Shown here in pieces: positions 41,344 to 51,171 of a DNA stretch of 64,000 nucleotides; position 1 is the first letter of the stretch, and each line of letters begins with the position of its first letter. The notes beneath the pieces were generated by a model. The model was not told the DNA's origin and did no database searches. It saw nothing but the letters and a program-made list of their open reading frames with translations. This DNA comes from Bdellovibrionota bacterium (GTDB taxonomy: Bacteria; Bdellovibrionota_C; UBA2361; JAAYZI01). The stretch spans positions 96,001-160,000 of the forward strand of contig JBMNIF010000003.1 in the NCBI GenBank assembly GCA_050950765.1. Reading direction: 5' to 3'. The translations under genes were made by a program, and so were the position numbers.

Positions 41344-41381
41344 AAAGGGGTGGATTAACATAATGTTCTTCCACCCCTTTT
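41344..41381 (+). terminator. Intrinsic terminator
   Basis: AAAGGGGTGGA...TCCACCCCTTTT. Confidence 0.75.
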
Positions 41382-41462
41382 GATCTCTGTAATTTATATA
41401 ATCTTTCAACCTCGCTCTAACAACGTAAAAGAGCGATTCTCATTTTAAACACCACACAACGA

Positions 41463-44400
41463 TCACTTAGCAACCGTTAATGTTGTCTGTTGTCCCCGTC
41501 CAAAGATATCAGGATTATACATCTCTTCAACATGAGGCGGCAGAGCAATAAATTTTCCAGGAGCAATAACTTGCACTAAATAAGATAAATGATAATTCCC
41601 TGCACTAAGTCGATCGTCAGCATAGTATCTAACAACCTCATGCTTTAACTCTCGATGATAGAAGCTACCAGAATAAGAACCGAAGGTGTTCCAATCCTTA
41701 TGTTGATGGATAAAAGATCCTTCACTATACGATCCTGCGCTATACGCATCGTTAGCAGAGGTCGTTGCTAGATCAGTATTCACCGCTTCGACACCAGCAG
41801 GAAGAGGATCTTCTAAAACTACATAATTTCTCTCAGTAGGCACCATCACAAAGAGGTCGACCCGCATAATATCGCCTGTTTCTAAGGCTTGTCCCTCTTT
41901 AAGTAATTCAAATTTATCGCCACGTTTAAGACTGTACTCCCTTTTAATGGCGATACCGGCATTGGTCTCTGGCACAACACCTTTCGGAGCATACGCTAAA
42001 GTAGCTGTATAATAAGCTCTCCCTTTATCTGTGGCACTAAACTTCAACTCCGTACTACGTCCGAGATCTTCCTCTTTAATTGTACGGGTTACTTCCTGCA
42101 CAAGGTGCTTATCACCTGCAAAAGAGAACTTCGCTAATTTTTCATCCCCTAAAGCCACACTCATTACAAAATCAGGAGTAACTCCTTCATATATAGATCC
42201 ATAATTTACTAACGCTGTTGTACAGAAAGCATTCTCCTGCGTATTATTCCAAGCGCCATCCTTCCCCTTTGCAGTAGCGATAGATCGAACTAGTTTTTCT
42301 GAAAGTGTTCTGATGACTGTGTCATCACCTGTTGTAGCTTTCTTATAATCTAATAACGCCAACAAGACGGCACAATCACTCCGTCTCTGCGAATCAAGCA
42401 TCCTCACAAAAGAGAGATCGGCACGTTCCGTAAAAGAGAGCTTTCCAGATGTTTCATCACCATAAGTCAGTAATGAATTAAAAACCTTCTCTCGCTCTTT
42501 AAGAGGAGCAGAAGTTTTAAGAAGCGCCTGCAAGAGATTAGCCTTTGAAAAAAGAGACATCTCTTCTAGATACGGTAAGAGACGATTTACTTCGGAGTAA
42601 TCAACCTTTGCCCGATCTGCCAAAGCTGCGACGATAACAGATCTGACCGTTAAGAGCTCGGCACGATTCTTTTCATTATCTTCTCTTAGTAACGATAATA
42701 AATAATTATCTAGCTTCTCTTCTACAATAGTTGGAATTTCATAACCGAGTTGACGCAACCAAGAAAAAGCAAGAGCAGTGTAAGCACTAAGGTATGCACT
42801 TACATATTGATCTTGCGCTACAAAAAATGTCATTCCACCATTTGGCGCTTGAAAATCTAGCGCTTCGGCTATTATCTTTGTAGTTTCTTTAAAACCGCCA
42901 TCTTCCCACTTAAAAGACTCCGGCAAGCTTTTCTGCACCTTTCCATAGAGAGCTGACATAACAGCACGACTTAATTTTTGCTCCCAACACGGATACGGAT
43001 AATCTCGCATCTTTGCAAAAGCACCCTCTAACGTTCCAAGTAAAGTTGAAGATGCTGTAATAGTAAGAGCGCTATCGTTAACGTAAATATCCTTAGGAAA
43101 AGCAAACGGAATAGCAACAGAGCCTCTACGATCATCCGCCTTTGAATGCGCTACTAAAGAACCGTTTAGCCCTACCCTCTCTTTATTTTTACGTAGAGAA
43201 ACGGGGAGTTCCATAACCGTACTATCAGAATCAAGCGCATCTCCAGCAGTAACATTAAGTTTTATTGTCCCTACTTCAGTTACTGTTAAAGGAAGCTCTA
43301 TCACGATACGTTTAAACGGTTCAGCTATTATACTTTGTTGATGATCACTCTGATCATCAACAGGTCCGCTAGCCTTAAACTTCACACTTAACGTCCTTGT
43401 ATTTTCAGTACGATTCATTACTGTCGCCCGCGCTGTAAAACTATCTCCAACCCTGATCTGATTAGGCAAGGCGGGGCGAATCTCCGTCGGCTGATTAACT
43501 TTAAAGTCAGCAAAATTAACTCCCATCCGATCTATCTTATCGGCAGCGATAACTAGCACCCTCCAACTTGTAAGATTATCAGGCAGATCGAATTCAATCT
43601 TGGCACGCCCCTTTTCATCAGTCATTACAGATGGATTCCAGTACGCCACAAACTTGAATTGGCTACGCATATCTTGAGTAGCGGCACCTCCTCCTCCAGG
43701 GTTTGCGCCCTTTTTCTCAAAGTTTTGACGACCTACTAATTGAGCTATGATATTCAGATTCACAACATCTAACGGCTGTAAGTCATAAAATCCTTTATAC
43801 GGATCAAAATAATCTATTCCATCTTTAATTAGATCAAAAACAGATTCATCAAGTACAATAGCAGCTAACTCTGTCGGTACGATATCACCGGAAGGTGTTT
43901 TAACATTAATATCAACAACGGCGTGAGCGCGCGGCTTGTAAATTTTCTCTTGCGGAGAAACCGTTATATTTAACTTCTTTTCATCACCCACAACTTTAAT
44001 AGCCGCATACCCCATTGCAAAAGCAGGCTTTCCGAGATCAACATCGTTTTCTAACGGCTTCTCCTCAACACGTGGCGACATCACAACCACCGAGACATAA
44101 AACCCAGGGAGATCGCCCTTTGTTATCGGAAAGGTTAAAACCTCCGAACTTTCATTCAAGACCTTCACCTGCTGCGTTTTAATTCCGTACCTTTCTGTTG
44201 TAATTAAAGCTCGCGCCTTAGGATACGGATTTTTTACCAAGACCCGTGCTATATCTCCAACACGATATTCACTTTTATCAACTTGCAGATCTAAAGCGTT
44301 ATCAGTTTCACTTGCAAAGAGTGTAAATTCACTACCAATAGCAAAGCGATCCAAACTACTACTATGTTTACGCCCCTTAGTATCTTTAATAATACCTCTA

Positions 44401-47153
44401 ATTCGATAAGTTCCAGATTTATCCGGAACAAAGGCGCACTTCTGAATCGTTGCAGCGCCATTCAAAGCGCACCGTTCAACTACCTTCCACGCCACCGAAT
44501 ACTTCGTAATATAGGCGTTTCCTGCACTCTTTACCCGAGTAGCCTTCCGTATCTTTCTTTTTATAACTACGTCGGCAGGGGTATCAGAAACGAGTTCGCC
44601 ATCATCGTTAACAACTATTACATCTACACTAAAAGTCTTTCCGGCTTCTAAAATCCAATCTTTCTGGCTAACTCCGACGTACCTATCTAAACCAGCATAG
44701 ACTGCCTGCGTTGTAGCAGCCACAGACTTACCACGATCATCACTAACAGCGCTTTCAACTTGCACCGTTCCATAAGGGATCTTTAGATCAGGAACTTTAA
44801 AATCAAGAACGTTTAAACCTTTTTTATCAAGATATGTAGAAGTTTTAGAGAGGTCTTGACTCTCCCAACGATCCTTTTCATCTGCAAAAACGAAGTCTTT
44901 TAACTCTTCTTTTTTAGGCTTAATTTCACTTGGCGCAACGTATGAGGTCACTCTAAGGGGAGCTTCAGCGTAAGGTCCCCCAGCGTATAAAGTTGCTGAA
45001 GTATCAAGTTTAATAAGATCACCACTAAGGTATTTCTTCTTATCTAAAGCAACTCGAACTTGATATGCAGCTGGAGTAAAGTCACTTACTAAAACCTTTA
45101 GAGGTCTCCAAGATAAGTTATTACCAGCAAAATCACCTCTTAATTCTAAATAATACCACCCGCTAGTCGCATTTTTTGAAGTGACGAACTCACCACTTAC
45201 TGTTCCAAACTCGGAAAGGGTAAGATCTTTTCTCTCTTCTACTACATTACCAAGGGGATCTACTAATTTTAACGAATACCCCTCACGTGGTGCCGGTCCA
45301 AATCCAGAATTGTTCTGATTCCTAACAAATATCTTATAAGCGATAGCCTCACCTGCTCTATAAATTCCTTGTGTAGTTGTGCCCCACGCCTGTAAATGCC
45401 CGTATTTTTCACTGATATAGCTACCGATATCCCAATCATAAACCTTAAAATTATACTTAGAGGGAACAAGTGCTAAATCACGATCTTTCGTGACTTTAAC
45501 CATCAAACTATTCTTTTTACGATCCCACTCATCAACCAAAGTTAGTTTAGGATCTAAGCTTTCCAAACCAGGTAAAATTGCTACACCATCTCGATTAGTT
45601 TTCCCCTTAGCCAAGACTATGGAAGACCTTCCGAATCCCTCCATCTGATCATTTACGATCTCAACCGCAGCATCACTGACAGGCTTACCATCAGCAAAAC
45701 TTGTTACCCAAACCAAACTATTAAAATGCCCCAACTTAGCGTGCACATGAAAGGGCGTTACTTGTGAAAAGAACCAAGTAGATTTTAATTTTTCTGGAGT
45801 TATCTTCCCTTCAATAACTCCGGAATCGTCCCCGAGCAGATCTCTCACTTTAAAGGGATACCGATAAGAGAGGTCTTCGACATTATATCCTTTTAAGTTT
45901 GTAACTCCTGTATCTCTAGTAGTAGCGGTTGTCGATGTATACGAGACGGCAACGTTATCGATATTAGTCAGATAAATCGGCAAATGCGAATCAACTCCCT
46001 TCTCAAGAACTGAAACTTCATGATCAAAAACGAACCTAGGAGGTCGTGATCCTGTTAGAAGTGTTAGATTAAACGGCTCTTGTAGTGGTCGATTAAAAGC
46101 ATCCTTTAAACTTCCTGCAGACGCTGAAAAAGCGAGGTGTCTGTTAGCTGGTAGAAACTCATATAACTTAGCGTTAAAGCCCTCTTCCGTATTTGAAGTG
46201 TAAAGGCTTGTATCGCGCCACTGCGCTCTCCACATCTCTAGGCGCGCTTTATCAGAGATAAGTTTAGGTTCAAGTTGCACATCAAAATCACCATCTTTAG
46301 AAAGTGGTGCTGAAAAGACTAACTCCATTCCTTCTACGGGATTACACTTTTCACTCTGCTTTTCAGAAAGGGAGACACGGATAGGAGAGCCGGAATAGCT
46401 CCAACACCTTAAAGCTAAAAGTTTAAAGTCGCCAAACGTATTAAAATTATCGAGATCTTCTTCTTGCTCTCCTAGTTCAGTACCATCCTTAGCACTTAAA
46501 CCTTTCGTTATATGCACACTTATCTTCTTATCTAGCGGTAGATCTTTTACAGGGATAACGTCATACCTACGCAACATAACTTCACCATCATCGTACTTAG
46601 CAAGAGTTGCATTAACCGCCACACTGCTTTCATCGAAACGAAGACTTAAAACGTTTTCAAGGCTCTCCAGATCGATATCAAGGTTTGTATCTACCCGTAA
46701 AACTGGCAAAGCGGGAGAGAGCCAATTCACAACACTTAAAGACAAGATACGTGGACGTTGTGTAATAAAAGATCTTCGAAATTCATCTACTAATTCAGAA
46801 CCGTTTAAAGCCTTAATCCCAGCAGGAACAAGCACTTCATACTTTGTTGCAGGAAGAAAGGTACCACCGTTTTTAATTCTACACGCTAAAGTGTCCGTTG
46901 AGATCCAACGCCAATCACACGGCACTTCTGGCGAAAGTTTTATACCGAGCTTTGAAATATCTTGTATGGCAGAACCGAAAGGTGCCATCTGTGTATCAAA
47001 CTGAATCACCATCTCTTGCCCGTTAGGCACATCCTCTCCCGTTGGTGTCATCCGAATAATATGTAAAGCTAATGCAGAATGCGGAGATAGAAAGATAGAA
47101 AAAAAGAGTACTAAAAAGGTAGTAATTTTCTTAGTTATCTTCATACGGATCAC
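41463..47153 (-). CDS. Bacterial alpha-2-macroglobulin family protein
   Basis: 1896 aa with signal peptide; MG-domain motifs, DLPDNLTSWRV, thioester-type YPYPCWEQ, NTQEN, VLEDPLPAG, PGKFIALPPHVEEMYNP. Confidence 0.93.
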   Translation of the reverse strand: MIRMKITKKITTFLVLFFSIFLSPHSALALHIIRMTPTGEDVPNGQEMVIQFDTQMAPFGSAIQDISKLGIKLSPEVPCDWRWISTDTLACRIKNGGTFLPATKYEVLVPAGIKALNGSELVDEFRRSFITQRPRILSLSVVNWLSPALPVLRVDTNLDIDLESLENVLSLRFDESSVAVNATLAKYDDGEVMLRRYDVIPVKDLPLDKKISVHITKGLSAKDGTELGEQEEDLDNFNTFGDFKLLALRCWSYSGSPIRVSLSEKQSEKCNPVEGMELVFSAPLSKDGDFDVQLEPKLISDKARLEMWRAQWRDTSLYTSNTEEGFNAKLYEFLPANRHLAFSASAGSLKDAFNRPLQEPFNLTLLTGSRPPRFVFDHEVSVLEKGVDSHLPIYLTNIDNVAVSYTSTTATTRDTGVTNLKGYNVEDLSYRYPFKVRDLLGDDSGVIEGKITPEKLKSTWFFSQVTPFHVHAKLGHFNSLVWVTSFADGKPVSDAAVEIVNDQMEGFGRSSIVLAKGKTNRDGVAILPGLESLDPKLTLVDEWDRKKNSLMVKVTKDRDLALVPSKYNFKVYDWDIGSYISEKYGHLQAWGTTTQGIYRAGEAIAYKIFVRNQNNSGFGPAPREGYSLKLVDPLGNVVEERKDLTLSEFGTVSGEFVTSKNATSGWYYLELRGDFAGNNLSWRPLKVLVSDFTPAAYQVRVALDKKKYLSGDLIKLDTSATLYAGGPYAEAPLRVTSYVAPSEIKPKKEELKDFVFADEKDRWESQDLSKTSTYLDKKGLNVLDFKVPDLKIPYGTVQVESAVSDDRGKSVAATTQAVYAGLDRYVGVSQKDWILEAGKTFSVDVIVVNDDGELVSDTPADVVIKRKIRKATRVKSAGNAYITKYSVAWKVVERCALNGAATIQKCAFVPDKSGTYRIRGIIKDTKGRKHSSSLDRFAIGSEFTLFASETDNALDLQVDKSEYRVGDIARVLVKNPYPKARALITTERYGIKTQQVKVLNESSEVLTFPITKGDLPGFYVSVVVMSPRVEEKPLENDVDLGKPAFAMGYAAIKVVGDEKKLNITVSPQEKIYKPRAHAVVDINVKTPSGDIVPTELAAIVLDESVFDLIKDGIDYFDPYKGFYDLQPLDVVNLNIIAQLVGRQNFEKKGANPGGGGAATQDMRSQFKFVAYWNPSVMTDEKGRAKIEFDLPDNLTSWRVLVIAADKIDRMGVNFADFKVNQPTEIRPALPNQIRVGDSFTARATVMNRTENTRTLSVKFKASGPVDDQSDHQQSIIAEPFKRIVIELPLTVTEVGTIKLNVTAGDALDSDSTVMELPVSLRKNKERVGLNGSLVAHSKADDRRGSVAIPFAFPKDIYVNDSALTITASSTLLGTLEGAFAKMRDYPYPCWEQKLSRAVMSALYGKVQKSLPESFKWEDGGFKETTKIIAEALDFQAPNGGMTFFVAQDQYVSAYLSAYTALAFSWLRQLGYEIPTIVEEKLDNYLLSLLREDNEKNRAELLTVRSVIVAALADRAKVDYSEVNRLLPYLEEMSLFSKANLLQALLKTSAPLKEREKVFNSLLTYGDETSGKLSFTERADLSFVRMLDSQRRSDCAVLLALLDYKKATTGDDTVIRTLSEKLVRSIATAKGKDGAWNNTQENAFCTTALVNYGSIYEGVTPDFVMSVALGDEKLAKFSFAGDKHLVQEVTRTIKEEDLGRSTELKFSATDKGRAYYTATLAYAPKGVVPETNAGIAIKREYSLKRGDKFELLKEGQALETGDIMRVDLFVMVPTERNYVVLEDPLPAGVEAVNTDLATTSANDAYSAGSYSEGSFIHQHKDWNTFGSYSGSFYHRELKHEVVRYYADDRLSAGNYHLSYLVQVIAPGKFIALPPHVEEMYNPDIFGRGQQTTLTVAK

Positions 47154-47364
47154 CTTAATTTTAAGCTGAAAAAATATCCGGAGAATATTATTTTTTTTAC
47201 GTTACCGGACTTTGCTAAGATACCCTTGAAGGGTCTACTAGAGCAAGGTTTTTATCGTGCTAAGTCTTCTTTTCTAATGACTATCTTCGTTTTAGCAGGA
47301 TGTGGAACATTTCTAGTAGAAAGGTGACTATTCCTTATTAGAAATTATCCTTCTTAAGGAACTT

Positions 47365-47897
47365 ATTCTAGGTTCTGAAATATAGCATGGAAAAAAGGCT
47401 GCTCGATCTCCTCAAGAAACCGTTTCACACGGTGAAGCAGCACAATTCTAGATTCTGAAACGTAGCAGGAAAAAAGGCTGCTCGATCTCCTCAAGAAACC
47501 GTTTCACACGGTGAAGTAGCACAATTCTAGATTCTGAAACGTGGCAGGAAAAAAAGCTGCTCGATCTCCTCGAAAAACCGTTTCACACGGTGAAGCAGCA
47601 CAATTCTAGATTCTGAAACGTAGCAGGAAAAAAGGCTGCTCGATCTCCTCGAGAAGCCGTTTCACACGGTGAAGTAGCACAATTCTAGATTCTGAAACGT
47701 GGCAGGAAAAAAGGCTGCTCGATCTCCTCAAGAAACCGTTTCACACGGTGAAGCAGCACAATTCTAGATTCTGAAACGTGGCAGGAAAAAAGGCTGCTCG
47801 ATCTCCTCGAGAAGCCGTTTCACACGGTGAAGCAGCACAATTCTAGATTCTGAAACGTGGCAGGAAAAAAGGCTGCTCGATCTCCTCGAGAAGCCAT
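47365..47897. repeat. 79-bp tandem array, about 6.7 near-identical copies (family 3)
   Basis: AATTCTAGA anchors at 47444, 47523, 47602, 47681, 47760 and 47839 (exactly 79 apart), plus a degenerate first copy from 47364. Confidence 0.97.
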
Positions 47898-47949
47898 TTT
47901 AGATTACTCCCTCTTGATACTATTTTTTTTTTAAAACAGTATTAGATGA

Positions 47950-48756
47950 TCACCCCAACAAAGCTTGTACTATATGCGCCGATTGATTGGATTGTGCCAT
48001 AATTGCCGCACTGGAGTCTCTTCTAATATTCGCTGCTACATTTCTAGCGCTCTCTTCAGCGACCTTAACATCCCGAATCTCAGACTGGGCACTAATACTT
48101 TCAACCTCACTAGTGGTGTTATTGGATGTTGCTGTGTTTAAGCGACTTACCGTAGCTCCGAGTTGTGCGCGTAACGCTGTAATTTCACCAGTGGTAGAAG
48201 CAGCTGCATCCAGAGCATTAGCACCTCCCTCCTGAGTTCCGATATCTCTTTTACTAAGGTCTTCTAATTTTTTACTCAGATCCAATCTAGAAACTTCAAT
48301 CTGACTTCTTGAGCTACCGTCATTTCCAACTTGAATAGTGACACCTTTTTCATCAAACACCTTTGAACCGTTATATTCCGTAGTTTGCGCCACACGTTGC
48401 GCTTCCTGAGCTAAGGCATCATACTCCTCCTTCATCTGCGAACGTTGTTCATCAGAGTAGGTGCCGTTTGCAGATTGAGTAGCGAGCTCTGCCATCCTAG
48501 TAGTCATATCACTAATCTCAGATAGAGCAGAATCCGCGATATCAGCAGCAGAATTACCGGAACCGATATTACGATTTGCCACCTCTAAAGTTGCAGCTTC
48601 GCTCTCAAGCTTCGCCGCAATCGCCACTCCTGCTGCATCATCGGAGGTCTTATTGAGTTTAGATCCGCTTGATAATTTTTCTTCTGATTTTTTTACTTCC
48701 TGATTAGAAGAATTAAGATATCTCGATATAAGAGAATTTATTTTGCCAAGTGCCAT
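47950..48756 (-). CDS. Minimal flagellin-family protein
   Basis: EKLSSGSKLNKTSDDAAGVAIA, RMAELATQSANGTYS, TEYNG, IQVG, LRAQLGATVSRL, SEIRDV, AQSNQ; GAGGAG RBS before ATG at 48756. Confidence 0.9.
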   Translation of the reverse strand: MALGKINSLISRYLNSSNQEVKKSEEKLSSGSKLNKTSDDAAGVAIAAKLESEAATLEVANRNIGSGNSAADIADSALSEISDMTTRMAELATQSANGTYSDEQRSQMKEEYDALAQEAQRVAQTTEYNGSKVFDEKGVTIQVGNDGSSRSQIEVSRLDLSKKLEDLSKRDIGTQEGGANALDAAASTTGEITALRAQLGATVSRLNTATSNNTTSEVESISAQSEIRDVKVAEESARNVAANIRRDSSAAIMAQSNQSAHIVQALLG

Positions 48757-48872
48757 AATACTCCTCACTTCTTGAGAGACCTGTTATAACAACTACTTAC
48801 ACGACAGGTCAGTACAATCCTTTTAGACCCTCCAAAGAAGTTTTTGCTGCATACTCCTAAGAGGTATGGTTT

Positions 48873-48899
48873 GTATCGACCTCCCTCGAAAATCCTTAA
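48873..48899 (-). promoter_or_regulatory. Candidate sigma28 (FliA) promoter of the flagellin gene
   Basis: Reverse strand TTAA-N15-GTCGATAC versus consensus TAAA-N15-GCCGATAA. Confidence 0.5.
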
Positions 48900-49087
48900 T
48901 AATCTGACGCACTTTTAATATTAAAATATCAAACGCCGTTAGTTACTACAAAACTCCCCTCCTCTTGTAATTTTCTTTAAAATTATCCTAAACTTAGCCC
49001 TGATTACCCCCGCTGCAAATCATCTGTAAAAATTAAGTAAAGAGATATTTTGATGGGAGTTTGATAGCACCTTTCACGGAGTTTTTT

Positions 49088-50680
49088 ATGACACGAAAAG
49101 AGGATTTATTATTGCTAAACGGTGATGAAGCTATTGCACAAGGTGCCTATGATGCAGGCGTTGCATTGGCGTGCGGATATCCAGGAACCCCCTCGACCGA
49201 AATTCTTGAGCACTATGCCAAAATTGGCGGCAAGGCACAGTGGGAGCCTAATGAAAAAGTTGCTCTTGAAGTTGCTATCGGAGTTGCCTTTACAAAAGCA
49301 CGTAGCCTCGTAACCATGAAGCATGTTGGTCTTAACGTAGCAGCAGATCCTCTCTTTACTGTGGCATACTCCGGCATAACGGGTGCGCTTGTAATCGTAT
49401 CTGCTGACGATCCAGGGATGGCATCTTCACAAAATGAACAGGACAACCGTTATTACGCTAAAGCCTCCGGATGTCCGATGTTAGAACCTGCCGATAGTCA
49501 AGAGGCGTACGACTTTACACGTTTGGCCTTTACCCTTTCTGAAAAATATCAGATCCCTGTTATTTTACGAATTACAACACGAGTCTGTCATACTAAGGGT
49601 AAAGTTTTACGTAGTGCAGTAAGTGCTGCACCACAAACAAGCTTTGAGTATAATATTAAGCAGCAAGTTATGGTTCCTGCTAATGCTCGTCCTGCACATA
49701 AACGTTTACGTGAAAAATTGGCTCAGATCGCAACGTGGAATGAAACAGCACCTTGCAATACAGTAGAGATAGCTGACCCTGAAATGGCGATTATCACCTG
49801 TGGGGTTTCGTATCTTCATGCAAAAGAGGCTTTCCCCACTGCAAGTTTTTTTAAGATCGGCATGGCGCATCCATTACCTCTAGCCGCCATTACGGCTTTT
49901 AGAGAAAAGGTGAAGCGGTGTCTCGTTATAGAGGAAGGAGAGCCTTTTATCGCAGAAGCGTTACGTGCAACAGGACTCACTATCGAAGATAAGCCGGAGG
50001 TGTACCGTTTCGGAGAATTAAATGTTGAACGTGTCCGCAAGATCGTAAACGGAGATACCTCACCTGATCCTGTAATCCCAGCAGGTAAACCACCGCAGCT
50101 ATGTAATGGCTGTCCGCACCGAAAATCATTTGAAGCGCTTAAAGCAACAGATTGTATAGTGGCGGGAGATATCGGGTGCTATACCCTTGCAGCCATGCCT
50201 CCTTTAGAGGCTTTACATACGCAGCTCTGCATGGGAGCGAGTATCGGAATGGGGCTTGGTATGCGTCAGGCACTCTCTGACAATGAAGCTCGACGTGTCG
50301 TCAGTGTTATCGGGGATAGTACATTTTTCCACAGCGGCATCACAGGACTTGTTGAAGCGGTCTACAACAAACCTGCAAATGGACACGTTGTTGTCATCCT
50401 TGATAATAACACTACTGCCATGACAGGTTTGCAGGAGCACCCAGGTACAGGTGCTACACTCACTCACGCACCTGGTAATAAAATAATTATTGAAGATCTA
50501 GTACGTGGACTCGGCATTACTGAAGTTTATGTTGTAGACCCGCTCTTAGAAAACGACCGCCTTAAGGAGCTACTCCTTTTGGCACGGAATAAGGATGAAA
50601 TCACCGTCATCATCTCACGACGCAGCTGTATTTTAGCAGCAAAAGCAAATGCTCGTCGGGCAAAAAAGGAGAATCAATAA
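49088..50680 (+). CDS. iorA: Indolepyruvate:ferredoxin oxidoreductase alpha subunit (no C-terminal ferredoxin domain)
   Basis: GDEAIAQG, GYPGTPSTE, NEKVALE, MKHVGLNVAAD, SSQNEQD, LCNGCPH, GDIGC, IGDSTFFHSG, LDNNTTAMTG; start ATG at 49088. Confidence 0.92.
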   Translation: MTRKEDLLLLNGDEAIAQGAYDAGVALACGYPGTPSTEILEHYAKIGGKAQWEPNEKVALEVAIGVAFTKARSLVTMKHVGLNVAADPLFTVAYSGITGALVIVSADDPGMASSQNEQDNRYYAKASGCPMLEPADSQEAYDFTRLAFTLSEKYQIPVILRITTRVCHTKGKVLRSAVSAAPQTSFEYNIKQQVMVPANARPAHKRLREKLAQIATWNETAPCNTVEIADPEMAIITCGVSYLHAKEAFPTASFFKIGMAHPLPLAAITAFREKVKRCLVIEEGEPFIAEALRATGLTIEDKPEVYRFGELNVERVRKIVNGDTSPDPVIPAGKPPQLCNGCPHRKSFEALKATDCIVAGDIGCYTLAAMPPLEALHTQLCMGASIGMGLGMRQALSDNEARRVVSVIGDSTFFHSGITGLVEAVYNKPANGHVVVILDNNTTAMTGLQEHPGTGATLTHAPGNKIIIEDLVRGLGITEVYVVDPLLENDRLKELLLLARNKDEITVIISRRSCILAAKANARRAKKENQ

Positions 50681-50682
50681 AG

Positions 50683-51171
50683 ATGTCAAAAAAATCTACA
50701 GATATAGTAATTGCTGGACTAGGTGGACAAGGTGTCTTAACGTGCGCAAACATCGTTGCTTATGCCGCCTTTCTTGCTGGTTTTGATGTTAAAGAATCAG
50801 AAGTTCACGGCATGAGTCAACGTGGCGGTTCTGTTTCAAGTGATATCCGTTTTGGAGAAAAGATCTTTAGTCCAATGATCTCGAGTGGAGAGGCTGATTT
50901 CTTAATCCTCTTATCAGATACTGAAGAAGCTCGTAGTTTACACTATCTACGTCCGAAAAGCGGAGTTGTTTTATATTCATCAAAGATAGACGTTAAAGCT
51001 TTACCGCTTCCAGCAGTATTAAATACCGTACTTCTTGGCTCCTTAAGTAAGTTGTTAGAGGGAGAGCAAAACATTCCTACGCAGTGCTGGGAAGAGGCTA
51101 TTACAAAACACGTTCCAGCAACATTTATTAAAGAGAACTTAGAAGCTTTTAAACTGGGGTTACTACAATGA
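50683..51171 (+). CDS. iorB: Indolepyruvate oxidoreductase beta subunit
   Basis: IAGLGGQG, SEVHGMSQRGGSV, NLEAFKLG. Confidence 0.9.
   Translation: MSKKSTDIVIAGLGGQGVLTCANIVAYAAFLAGFDVKESEVHGMSQRGGSVSSDIRFGEKIFSPMISSGEADFLILLSDTEEARSLHYLRPKSGVVLYSSKIDVKALPLPAVLNTVLLGSLSKLLEGEQNIPTQCWEEAITKHVPATFIKENLEAFKLGLLQ

Noticed and set aside
47365..47897. CRISPR array
   Set aside because: The whole 79-bp unit is repeated with no unique spacers, and no cas genes are in the window; the same applies to the arrays at 38.0, 52.5 and 53.5 kb.
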